Below the pieces are notes generated by a model, which saw only the letters and a list, made by a program, of their open reading frames with translations, ran no database searches and was not told the origin of the DNA. DNA of 64,000 nt from Phaeosaccion multiseriatum (Eukaryota; Protista; Ochrophyta, other classes). Position numbers and translations under genes: made by a program. The stretch spans positions 1,054,001-1,118,000 of the forward strand of contig OZ218956.1 in assembly GCA_965112735.1 (NCBI GenBank), in the 5' to 3' direction. Shown here piece by piece: positions 37,037 through 48,600 of this stretch (its first letter is position 1; every line of letters starts with the position of its first letter).

Positions 37037-38314
37037 ATGCGACGTCAGCGGCGGCAGACGCCGGATCGTAGCGTCGGCTCACCGTCCACCTTGTTTGGCC
37101 GCCTCCCTGAACTCCCTGAAGCGATGCAAACCCGGATTTTTTCCTGCATGGGGCCCAACTTTCTGTTTCTGGCTCCCGTTACGAAGGCCTTCAGGGCCAC
37201 GTACGCGAGCGCATTTCACGGTAGCAACCAGACGGCTTTCTCGATGGCCCTCTCCTCTGTTGAGGCACTACAGTACGCCGAGGGGTTTTCTGGAGACGCA
37301 TCTGAAGGAGGAGGCAGACGGTCATCCCGCTCAAGCCGCTCGAGCCATGCGGGTCTTACGGTGGAAAAGAAAGGTTTCCTCTATGGCAAGTACGGATCGA
37401 TGGAGGTGATAAAATATCTTGAAACACGGGGAGAGCTGGGAGTGGACTGTTTCGCTGGCCTCCTCAGGGGTGCCGTGGTGGCGGAGAGATGGAACGTCGT
37501 AATGATGTGTGTTGAAGGGGATGGAGCTGCCATTTCGCCGCAACATCTGGGGGATAGAGCCGCCACATTGCTGCTGAGATCGGCAGAGATTGCAGCCAAA
37601 GCTGGTTCGGCCACGTTCTTGGAACGCTTGTGGAAGCTGCCGACATTTCCACGAAATGTGATGCAGGGAAGCCATCAGAGAGTGGAACGAAGGCAAATGT
37701 GTGAGGGTGCAGCAATGGGCGGCAGCGTTGGTGTGCTGTCTTGGCTGGAGGAAGTAGGCATCCTCTGCGACACGCGGAAGATGGTTTACTGGGCAGTCGT
37801 CTCCGGACAGCTGGAGGCCGCGCAATGGCTCATGGAGAGAAGCTTCAAGGTTGGGAACGATGGGCATGTCTTGGAGGCAGCGGTTCGGGGCAACAATGCC
37901 GCTGTGCTCTGGTTCCTGCGCTCTCGTGGGGTAGGGATACGCTCTGCTTCTCCAGACTGGAGCGGAGCGATGAAGAGTCGTTTGATGGAGAGGAGCTTTC
38001 AGGAGGGAGCTCGTGAGGCTGCAAAAGTCCTGCGACAAGTGGGCACCCCCTGGCCGAAACAAGGGGTGATGCTGGCCATGAATTCTACAGACCCAGCCGT
38101 GACGGCCCAGAGGGCCCTTGCTTTTGTGCAGTGGGCCCGACGCGAAGGCTGCCCGTGGGGGGTGAGGAGAGAAGTCTCTACTTTCTGTGCCCGTTTGACG
38201 GTCAACTCCATGTCCCCTTTCTTCCGCGCCCAGGCGTTAAAGAGGTCTGAGCTATTTATCTGGCTCCATGATAACGACTTCCCATGTCCCTGCTCTCAGA
38301 ATGTCAACCCCTGA
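37037..38314 (+). CDS. Intronless F-box-like plus degenerate ankyrin-repeat protein
   Basis: LPELPEAMQTRIF...FLFLAPVTKAFR, then repeats CEGAAMGGSVGVLSWL, AVVSGQLEAAQWL, AAVRGNNAAVLWFL, WARREGCPW and WLHDNDFPC. Confidence 0.7.
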   Translation: MRRQRRQTPDRSVGSPSTLFGRLPELPEAMQTRIFSCMGPNFLFLAPVTKAFRATYASAFHGSNQTAFSMALSSVEALQYAEGFSGDASEGGGRRSSRSSRSSHAGLTVEKKGFLYGKYGSMEVIKYLETRGELGVDCFAGLLRGAVVAERWNVVMMCVEGDGAAISPQHLGDRAATLLLRSAEIAAKAGSATFLERLWKLPTFPRNVMQGSHQRVERRQMCEGAAMGGSVGVLSWLEEVGILCDTRKMVYWAVVSGQLEAAQWLMERSFKVGNDGHVLEAAVRGNNAAVLWFLRSRGVGIRSASPDWSGAMKSRLMERSFQEGAREAAKVLRQVGTPWPKQGVMLAMNSTDPAVTAQRALAFVQWARREGCPWGVRREVSTFCARLTVNSMSPFFRAQALKRSELFIWLHDNDFPCPCSQNVNP

Positions 38315-38432
38315 TACACTATCCGCTATCCGCTATCTGCTATCGCCGGCGCCAGCCGGCGCGCTATCCGCTATCGGCCAGCGCCCGATAGCGCGCTATC
38401 GAGAATGTGGGCGATAGTGTATCAGGGGTTGA
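38304..38432. mobile_element. MITE-like element, family A (best copy), overlapping the stop codon of the ankyrin gene
   Basis: Perfect 20-bp TIR TCAACCCCTGATACACTATC...GATAGTGTATCAGGGGTTGA. Flanks are AGAATG/AGAATT. Internal GCTATC repeats and CCGGCGCCAGCCGGC. Confidence 0.85.
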
Positions 38433-38866
38433 AGAATTGCTTTTTTTTTTTTTTTAAATGAAATCTTTAGTCGAGCAAAAGTATACGGCCACGCATACTC
38501 TGCGCGGGGCGGAGTGTATGAGGGCGGCGAGGAATCATTGACCGACAGTGGCCGACTGGCACTCCTACCTATGTTACCAGGGGGTACTGAGGGGCTTCTT
38601 CGCTGCTGCCCGCCCCTTTAGGAGTCTTCTTCTCTGGCCTGGCCTGCCGGCACGCCAGTACCGCCGGCCTAAGGCGTGTGTGTGAGGCGCCCCTCGGCCT
38701 TGCCCGGAGACTCCCTTGTGGGTGCTGCGCTGTGCTGACCAGGCTGCTGAGACCAGAGTCATGCTCCAGGAGGAAGCCGTCACTTGACTCTCCCTTTTCT
38801 CTCGTCAGGGGCGGGAGCTCGCCCGTTAATGTCTCTGAACCATCGCTCGGCTTAGCTGAACTCAGT

Positions 38867-41800
38867 TCACTTGTACGGTGCCAAAGGCGCAAGGGCCGGC
38901 TGAGCGGCTTGCCACAGCCCTTCCTTGAGCGACTGGGCGAAGCTACTGCTCAGCACCTGCGGGTGCCAAGAGAAGTACTTGTCCAATGCACGGGGCTGCA
39001 GCGGCGGGGCCGACACCATCTCCAGCCACAGAGTCTCATTGCGCGCCACGCTCGCCACCCGCTCAGCACACGCGCGCAATTGACCAGCCACGTCGGCCTC
39101 TCGCCCCCCTTCAGCACCCCCCCCCCCTCCTCCTCCACAGTTTATAAAGGCCGCCGGATTGAAGATGAGGTCGACGTCTGCAGGCCCCCAGTAGACGGGC
39201 ACCGCGGCAGCCAGAAAAGCATTCACAATCTTCTCGGTCCAGTACCCGTCCTGGACGTGACTGTTCTCAAAGGCCACGACGAATCGGTAGGGCTCGTAAG
39301 CCTCCACTGCCGAGTCCAAGTACGTCGAGTCGAAGCGCCCCGCCAGCCTAGGCCCGGCATAAGCGCCATCATCATTCTCGTCCCTTTTGAGGTGATGCTG
39401 CTGCTGCTGCTCCCCCTCCTCTTGCTCGCCTGTGCGGCCACTGCGCTGTCTTTGGCTTCCTCGACACGGCCCGAGTGCATATGTATCCGGCACGAGAGTG
39501 GAAAGCTCATCGAACATGTGCTCACGAATGGAGCGGTCGCAGCGGGAGTAGAGGTAGGCTACATTGCGGCGTTTGAGAGGCAGCACCCGCTGCAGCAAGG
39601 AGTCTCTGGACACCGCAAGGTCAGAGGGAGTATGGACCAACCGTTCCGCGAAGGAGGCTGCCGCCACGGACAGGTGAATGTGCATTGTGCCCCTTGCGCC
39701 ACCACGTGCTGTCGGTGATGCCCCGTCCGCGAATCGGTGCAAAGGAGGAGGGCTGAGAGAGGAATCGCTTGAAGCGTGCAGCACCACAGCCGCTCGGGCG
39801 AAGGAGGACACGTCCCATGGCTCACCGCAGACCATCACCACCAAGGCTTCCGGGTGGTCACGCTCCGCCATGTCCCGCGCCGTTTGCTGGCAATGCGACT
39901 CCCACTGTCCTCCCCCGCAGCCCCCATCCAATGCCGACAGGAGCAGAACGTGCACGTGAATGTGGGGAGGGGGTAGGGGGGGGGGCAGCATCACAACCTC
40001 CATGGAAGGGAAGGCCTCCTGCAGAGTCACTCGAAAGAGACGCGAAAGGTACGAGGCCATTGGGCTCACAGCGACCATGAGGCGCTGTCCCTGCGCCTGC
40101 CGCTGCTGCGGCTGCTGCTGCTGCTGCTCCTCCTGTCCTTTGCGAGCAGATACTGTACCCAGCACACCTCGTCTACCCTTCTTTGCAACAATTTCCTCGT
40201 AAAACTCGGCAACTCGTCCGCAGTAGTGTTGCCAGCTGGCCTCTTCCCACACCCCCTTTCGAGCATTCTCCAGAGCGGTAAGCGAGATATCCTCCTCCTC
40301 CTCCTCCTCCTCCTCCTCCTCCTCCTGAACTCCGCTCCACGCCTTCCCAGCTTCTTGCTCGGCGCTCCTCTCGAGCAGCGGTTGAGTCCCTCTCGTCGTC
40401 TTCTCCAGCACGAGCACCACTGCCGCCGCAATGCGCTCGACAGCCTGTGTCCCTTCGTTTCCGTCCATGACCCCACCTACGGGCTGCCTCGGTCCAGCGC
40501 TTCTCTCCGCTCCTCCTCCCCCCCTGACCAGCACCCCTGCGCCTCGCTTGACGGACTCCTCGTGGCCGCTCGACGCCGTCGCTACCACAGGGGTCCTGGT
40601 CAGCAGTGCTTCCACATTCCCAATGCCGTAGGTTTCCGAGGGGCTCGTGTTGATCATGACGTGGAGACTTGCCAAGAAACTCACGACGTCCTCGGTGCCA
40701 ATGTTGCCGAGAAAGGAGGTGTGGTTTGCAACTCCCAGAGTGATGGCGAGGTCCTTCACAGCAGGGAGGAGGTGTCCTTCCCCAGCCAGCAACAGTTGGA
40801 CCCGCTGACCTCCGCCACCATTGCTGCTGTTCTTCTCCTCCAGCATCTCCATCACTCGCTTGCCCACATGCAGGAACAGTCCAGGACCCTTGGTGCTGTC
40901 GACTCTGCCCAGCATGCCGAGGCGAAAGGCGCCACTCTCATCCTTGGCAGCAGTGAGGCGCGGTAGGTCTGTCAAGACGTCCGCATTGACTGTCAAGACT
41001 GGCGGGTGAATCACCTCCACAGGGCGGCCCAGGCTCTGTAGGTATGGGCCTGTGGCGACAAAGTGTGAGGGGGCCTGGAGATGGGTCGGTCGTAGGGATG
41101 GAGACGCGGGGGGCAGAGCGTCGTATTAAGTAAGGGCTCTGATGGGGAGGTGAGACTCGACACACACACACCACTTACCAGATACACCTCCACGGGGACA
41201 TCGGAGTGCGGGGAAGTGTTCGGGAGCTCCATGACACTGACGGGTACGCCAGCGAGGCGCACGAGTTCGAACAGCACCTTCTGCTCTTCGCTCTCCAAGC
41301 TGTTCGGACCCACTGCGGCGTCGAAATTGAGCAGCGCGCGTAAGACGCCCGACACGCTGTGCAGGCCCTCGCCAGAGAGCTCGTGGAGGAGAGGGTGCAC
41401 CTCAGCTACCGCCTGCTGCTGCTGCTGCTGTTGGTGGTATGAGGTGCCATGGTGGGTCAGAGGATCTCGCCTTCGAAGAAGCTCGAGGAGGTGCCGAGGG
41501 CACGACGGTGAGTAGGACACGAAATGGACAGGGACCATGAGAGCCGTCAGCTCTGCTAGGAGATCCGTCCTCCGCCTCTCGTCTCCGCTGCTGCTGCTGT
41601 TGCTGCTGCTGTCGCCATCACATTCGCCGACTTCAGAGACGAAGAACCACTCCACCTCAAAGGAGGCTCTCGGCAGGTACTTGGTCTGTAGCAGGAAGAG
41701 CTTGTTCTGACTGTGCCCCTCTAGATTGGCTATATTCAGAGGAGGAAGGCAGCAGTGAGAGAAAAATGAGCAACACGTCATCCCGATAGAAGGATTAAAG

Positions 41801-44800
41801 TCACTTGCGCTGAGGCACCTTGCCATCTCTCTCCCTCTCTGTACCACTCTACAACATCGCCCCCTCACCTGAGATGACAGCGATTCGTATGGGGCGATCC
41901 CTAGTCAGGTGGAAGGGCGCCACCTGCTGCCGCGACCACTCACGGGAGGCAGCAGGGACGACATCGATAATGACAGAGGCCTCTGCAAGCTGAAGGACTC
42001 CTGCGTCTTTCCGTCCCGTCCCAGGGGCCACAGGGGGAGTCTCCATCATAACGCGGATGGTGAGCACGTGCGTGCCTGCTCTGATACCGTCCGCGATGAA
42101 AGGAGAAAACGGGATGACGCTGCAGTCCGGCGGCCGCGCTGAGGCAGAGGACTCAATCACGATGCAGGCGTACACTGATGGAACTTCCCCCTGCCCCCCC
42201 CGTCCCACCCCCGCCACTGCTGCTGCTGCTGCTGCTGCTGCTGCAAGTACGTCATCGGTGCCGTCTACATGAAAGTCAACGACAACCTCCGCCACATGCT
42301 CCGACTCCTTCTCCACAATGACCGCCCCTGACGCAGGGGTGGTGATGGTGATGACAGGAAGGGCCTTGACATGAAGCAGCCACTTCGGCGGTTCTTGCTC
42401 AGCATTGTGGGCCAAAGGACGTACTCTGTCACTCTTCGTCTCAGCCGAGCCAGTCACTCTTCTTCCCTGCACTGCCGGCAAGAGGCAAAGCATTCGCTGC
42501 CGCTCACTCCAGTCCGCCACTGGAAGGCTCTCACACCCGTCGTTGCGTTGGGGCCCTTCCGACCCTCCCCCTCTGAGTTCTCCATTGGTTCCACCTTCTC
42601 GGCGGACTTGCAAGTGCCAATGCCGTAGGGAAGGTGGAAGCGCGTAAAGCGGCTGCGTCACTGCTTCCTTAAACGCCTCCGGTTTGGTGGGGTGCAAGTC
42701 GGAGAGGCTGTGGTCCAAGTCCCAGCGCAACCACTTGTCCTCCAGCCAGCGACGCCCTACGTCGTCAGCGTGGGCAAAGGACTCGACCTGCATGGGTTGG
42801 AGAGAGTGATCGTTGAGATGGCGCCATCGTCTACGAAAACAAACCCGTGAGTACGCCACAATGGCGGCAAAGACATTCTCATAGAGCACCGGACGAGGCC
42901 TCAATGAGCAGCAGCAGCAGCAGGAGCATCAGAGCGGCGCACACGCACACGCACCTTCTTGCGAAGCTCCGTCGTTGTGCGGACGTAGCTCAGGTGATGG
43001 CAGATGGCAACTGATGGGTCGATTTCTGCCCCTTCCTGCTGCTCCACGGGTATCCCGGGGCTGACGGTGCAGCTCAATTCACGAGCTCGTATCCACTTAC
43101 AGCGGTAAGGGTCTACAAGCCACAAAATACGGAGGGTTTCCGGGGGTTGTATGGCGATTCGGAAAGACTGTCGGGCATTTCGGGACATGGGGGAAGGAAA
43201 GGGGTACCGAAATTGGCTGAAAGGAGTGAGGGGACGGCACACAACATGGTGGGGAGGACGATCCACCGGGTTCGTTCCGTCTCTCCCTGGCACTCATTTA
43301 ACGCTCCTTACCTTCCAGTATGTGGCCATGGTAGCCTGGAAGAAGGGCACATGCGGGTTCCACGCGGCGAGCACCAGGCCTTTGACGAGGTCAACGGGGT
43401 GCCAGAATTCGTCTGTATCAAGAACAAGAACGCGCAAGCTGCCCCCTTCTCCTTCAGCACCACCCGGCCCCCACCGCGCCTTGGCTTGCTCGTTTCCGTG
43501 TTGTCGCTGCGCCTCTTCAGAGGGCCAGTCGCCGACCTCGAACACCAGTTTGTCGGCAAGCAATCGTCTGCTCCTCCAAGACCCGCCAGTGCGGCGCTTG
43601 CTGCTGTCCGCTAACCCTTCATCAGGAGCGTCGAAGCGTTGCAAGCTCTCGAGAAGACGAATGGTCCCCGAGTTGTCCCTCGCCTGCCCCTTCCACGGCA
43701 TGGCGCTGACCAGGACGAGGACGTGGTCCACAACGAGGGCGACCTCCTCAAGGGTGGCTAGGAGGAGCGCACAGTCATCATACACCAGCATCACGGCCGC
43801 AACCTGCAGCCGATCGTCTCCGCCCAGCCAAGCTGCCACCGGCGGGCTCATAACAGCGCCCATCCAGCCGGAGTGAAACGCATAGTCTTCCTGCAGCTGT
43901 GCTACCGCCGGCTGAGAAGCCCCATATCCTCCGGACGCCGCCTCCTCTGCTTCGAGGCCCAAGTTGAGAAAGAGCAGGTCCGAGTCCAACTGGATAAGCG
44001 CCTTAAGCTGGGCAACATTCAAGCCTCCACCCCACCGATCGAGCCAGAGCATGGGGTAAGAGTCCTGTTCCTGTGCCCTTTCGTCATCGCAGGTCTCTTG
44101 CTCACTTCTGCCCTGCTGCGTCCTTTCCACTCCTTCAGTCTCCTCCTTTCCCGACCCCTCCGGATGCAAGTGGCTGCTGTACTCACCCACATGAAAATGG
44201 TACGGATGGTGCTCAGAAAAGAAGGCTTCCCGGTCTAAAGGGCTGAGGCCTCGGTGACTCTGGAAACCCATGTGGCGGATCCAATCGGCAATCCCCGCTT
44301 GGAAGAGATACCTGTCGTTCAGAGGCCCCAAGGAGGAAAAGGCGGCACCGTCGAAGACGAGAGCAGGGAAAGGCAGAAGCCCCCCGAGGCTCTCCGTGAA
44401 GTAGGGAGCGGGGGGCACCGCGCTTGCTTTCCCCCCCTCCTCTCTTTGCTGGTCTGGCAACTGTGGTACAGCACTGAGAAGCAGAGCACTTCCTCCTTCG
44501 CTTCCGTACTCCAAGCGCTGGGCCTCGTAGGCTTCGAAAATGTCTCTGCTGATGCGGACAAGTCCTGCCTTCGATCCGCCCGCCGCTTCCGGCTTCGCGT
44601 CTAACAGCGGCCCTCGACGTCCGGCTGGCCTCAGCAGAGGCGTGGAAGTAGTAACAACCACGAGTATTGCCCCAGGAGACACGACCGAGGCTGCCCTGTT
44701 CAGAGCACTAGGGTAGCCTTCAAACTCTGGCAGTTCAAGAAAAGTCAGAGAGGGCCAAAGTTCCGTCGAGCCTGCGGAGGATGACGCAAAAGAAGAGCAG

Positions 44801-45374
44801 GAAAGCAGGAGGTCCCAAGCCTCCTTCCTCTCTGCTTGAGACAGTGCATACCCATTGAGGACGACAAGGACGTTAAGCCCAGGGCTTGCGGCATGTCGCA
44901 CAGACGCCTCCAGGGTTTGCGAGAGCGGGGTCAGACGGAAGTCGTGGTATCGAACATCGTTTGCGATACTCAGCACCACGACCCATCTCTCCGCCTGAAA
45001 CGATCCACCTATCCATGCGCAAAAAGGGCGAAGGGGGTGAGTTGGGCGAAACGGAATGGGCAAAGCGAAGTCGGAGAGAAAGAGAAAGGGGGAGGAGAAG
45101 GGAGGTTTGTACCTTCGTCCCGGAGCCCCCTTTCCTCCTCAAAAGAAACGTCTTCTCCAGTCCCCTCAGCTAGAGGGTGCCTTCGCCCATGGGAGTGCTT
45201 GTACCACACCGGAGCGAGGTCCACATCTTGGCGCAGGTTACCCTCCGGCGAACCATCAGCAGTACAAGACGTGCAAGCGCCAGGCTGCAGGAACCACAAC
45301 GAATGCCCTAAGAGAGCAGTCAAGACCGTTCTGAGCAGGGCAGCCCACGGGTAGGAGGGAAGAGGCCTGGCCAT
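38867..45374 (-). CDS. Giant secreted multi-glycosyltransferase: degenerate GT2-like, GT-A (DTDE), Ig-like, GT4 and GT10 (alpha-1,3/4-fucosyltransferase-like) domains
   Basis: One signal peptide at 45374 and ~6 exons. GT2-like: GYPSALNRA, LGPLNDRY. GT-A: VLVLDTDEFW, HHLSYVR. GT4: MLGRVDSTKGP, SETYGIGNVEAL. GT10: AYLYSRC, YRFVVAFENS, GYWTEKIVNAF, VPVYWG. GT4 and GT10 share one uninterrupted 717-aa ORF. Confidence 0.75.
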
Positions 45375-45644
45375 TAACCGCGCTCCCGCCCTGCTCCAAA
45401 TTTTGATCCGTTCAGAAACTTCACATTTATATGCAATGCTCTCTGCTGTGAGTTGGGTTCTTGCTGCTGCTTCACTGCCGCTGCTGCTGCTGTGTATCAG
45501 GATCTATTGTCCTCGCCTCTTACTGTGAAAGAGAAATGAAGAGAAGGACGATCGAAGGACAGTTGGGAAAAGCATGACAGTTGGTTCTCCGATCGTACTT
45601 ACAGTTGGCGATTGTTGCTGGGAGAGGGGAAGTGTTTCCCGGCG

Positions 45645-48600
45645 ATGAGGAGAGCTTCCTCACCGGCAACAGCAGCAGCCCTTTCAGGAAGCAGAAGATT
45701 CCTGGTCACTCGAGTGAGCGCTGGGGGTCCGCAGCTTTCAAGAAAGAGGAGGAGGAACGGCGCGGTGCCCAGTCCCTGTGGCACTGCCTGCTCCGGAATT
45801 GATGCGTGGAGGAGCAGAGTCGGAGCGTGTGGGAGGGGTCTGCTGTCCCTGGGTCAGCGTGACTATCACCAGCAGCATGCTGCTCGGACTCAGACGGGGG
45901 GGAGGGGGGGGCGGCGTGAGGCTCAGGCGCAAGACCAGGACTCATGGCGCGAGAGGTGGAGCAGGGTCATGCGGACGAAGCAGGGCAAAGCGAGGCAGCA
46001 GGAATTGGTCAAGGAGATCGGATTGCTAGGCCGCAAAGGTAGGCTGCAGGATCTTCGCTGCTTGGTGGAGCAGGCTGAATCAGAAATCTGGGTTGGGGCG
46101 AGTGTGGAGAAGGGGAGAGGTGGGTTCGAGAGAGGAAGGCTCTCTGGCCCTGAATGGAATGCTTACGTGTACAACGCCATTATCTCTGCATATGGGCGTT
46201 GCGGACAGTGGCGTGAGGCTGTGGCCGTTCTCACCAAGATGACAGGCTCTGGAGTCACGCCGGACATTGTAAGTGAGACGCGGACGAGGGAGGGGGGGGA
46301 GGCAGGGCTTTGTGGGTCGCAGTAGAGCGCATCCGACGTTCAGGTAGGGGGAGTCTTACCAAGGCCTCGCCCTCTTAATCGAGTCCTTTCAGATCTCTTA
46401 CAACTCGGCCATCGCTGCCTGCGCCAAGGCCGGTCAACATGTCTTGAGCCTGTCGCTCATGAAGAGGGCCGAGCGAGGCGGCCTCGTTCCAGACGTGTTC
46501 ACCTACAACGCTTGCATAAATGCGTGTGCCAGGTACGGACGGAGTCTCCTGTATTGTTGTTTCTCTTTCTTGTTTGTATGGTACACCACTGCATGCCCAT
46601 GGGTGCCCGCTGACGTACAAACACACGTCCTTCCTTCCTTGCGAAAGGTACGGGCAGCAGGCGCAGGCGGAGTCCGTCTTCCGCGCGATGCAGCAGCAAG
46701 GAGTCGCTCCCGACGCCATTACCTTCAGCTCTCTTATGAAGGTGCACAACCGCGCCATGGACTTTGACGCAACGCTTTCCCTGCTTCGCTCTATGAATGC
46801 CGAGGAAGCAGAGCCGACGGGGGGAAGGGAAAGGGGGGACCAGGGCAGCAATGCCGGAGCGAAAGCAGACGCCCACTGCTACAGCGCAGCAATGGATGCC
46901 TGCGCTGGGCTGGGGGACCCAGAGAGAGCCGAGGTAGGTGCCTTTGCTCCTTCCCCCGATCGCGGGCACTGCTTACCTCCGTTGCGTTCGGATTGGATCT
47001 CTGATCCAGTTGTGAGTCCGTCCAGAGAGAGGTGCACGGAATCTTTTGCCCTGGTCATGTGATGTTTAGTCTGTTTGTGGGTATTAAGCCTCTTTTGACC
47101 TGGGCCCGCCTGATCTCAGCCGCTCTCCCCCCAACGTATGCTGCGAGACAAGGCCCTGCTCGACGAGATGCGCCGCGTCGGATTGGAGCCCACGGTGCAG
47201 TGCTACAACATCGCTATGAAGGCCTTCGCTGACGAGGGGAATACAGGCAGGACAGTACAGGTGACAGTCGAGAGGCACTACTCACGAGGAATGAGATGAA
47301 TCGTGGAGGTCGATTACGCGCATTCGGGCAGGATAGGAAAACAACTCTCACTCTCACACACACACTTCAATGCGTGCCTCCGCCCCGTGCTCCTATGTCG
47401 GTGTCCCGCGCAGCTGCTGCACGACATGTTGGACGCAGACACAGCGGTGCGGCCCGACGTTGTGAGCTACAACACCGCACTGCTGGCGCACTCGGTGGCC
47501 GTTCGGATGGAGATGTCTGCATCGTCGTGGTCGGGGTCGTTGGGGGAGACGAGGCAAAGCGTTGAAGTGGGGGGTGGCGAGGACGCGGAAGGCGCCCAAC
47601 GCGTGCAGAGGAGAGACGGCTGCGCTCGGCTAGTGGGGTGGATGGTCGCGATGCTTCAGAGCATGGAGAAGGGCGGTACAGGTAAGAGCAAAGCGCCTGC
47701 AGCAGGGTGTGGTTCAGCAGCAGCGGCTCTCGTCCTCTGTACTCAGCTTGTGTATCCTTTCCTCCCCCCCCGTCTGTTCTGGATTTCCGACACGAGAGAA
47801 GGGCGTGTGCGACCTAATGCGGTATCCTATGGAACCACAATGTCTGCCTGCGCGCGCGCGGGTGACGCTGTGTCTGCCCTGCAGCTACTGGACGTCATTG
47901 CTCGACATCCTGAGGTGGACGTGGATGAAAAGATGTATTGTGCGGTCATCTCCGCCTGTGCCAAGGTGAGGAGAAGTGAAAAGATGCGGGGGATGGGCCG
48001 GAACTCTCGGCTTTGTGCAGAGTCTGAAGGAGAAGTCCCTTAGGTCGAAGAATAGACGGACAGGCGGACGACAGTACACTCGAACTTGTGGAGCTGCATG
48101 AAGGCGGGATGCACGCTCAAACTGTCTCTCCCCCCCCCTCCCCGCCCGTGATGCTCTGGCAACCCTCTTCCCCTCCGACATCCTTTCTGTGGCCGCGAGA
48201 GTGCAGGCAGGGCGCTTGACATCGGCCCTGGATTTGCTGCAAGAAATGCGCGAAGGGGGGAGGCCTCCAGTCCGCTCCCAACACGTGGGAAGACAACAAG
48301 GGCAGAGAACAGCGCAAGGGAAGCATGGCAAGCCACTGAGGCCCAATGCACACTGCTATGCTGCTGCGATTTCGGGCTGTGCCGCGACTGGCGACCTCGA
48401 GCAAGCCCTCACACTGCTTCAAAGGTGCGATGCTGAGCTCATTTTTGACACACCGGGGAGGAGGGGGGTGAGGAGTGGGGGATTATACCTGCTAAGCTGA
48501 CCATCCCCTTTTCTGCGTACAGGATGCAAGACGACGGCTTACAAGCAGACACAGCGTGCTACAACGCTGCCATCACTGTGTGCAGGGTCGGGCGGCAGTG

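Noticed and set aside
38678-39718. 346-aa plus-strand ORF and other long antisense ORFs (e.g. 50402-51253, 40226-40966)
   Set aside because: Shadow ORFs opposite well-supported GC-rich coding exons, with no recognisable motifs.
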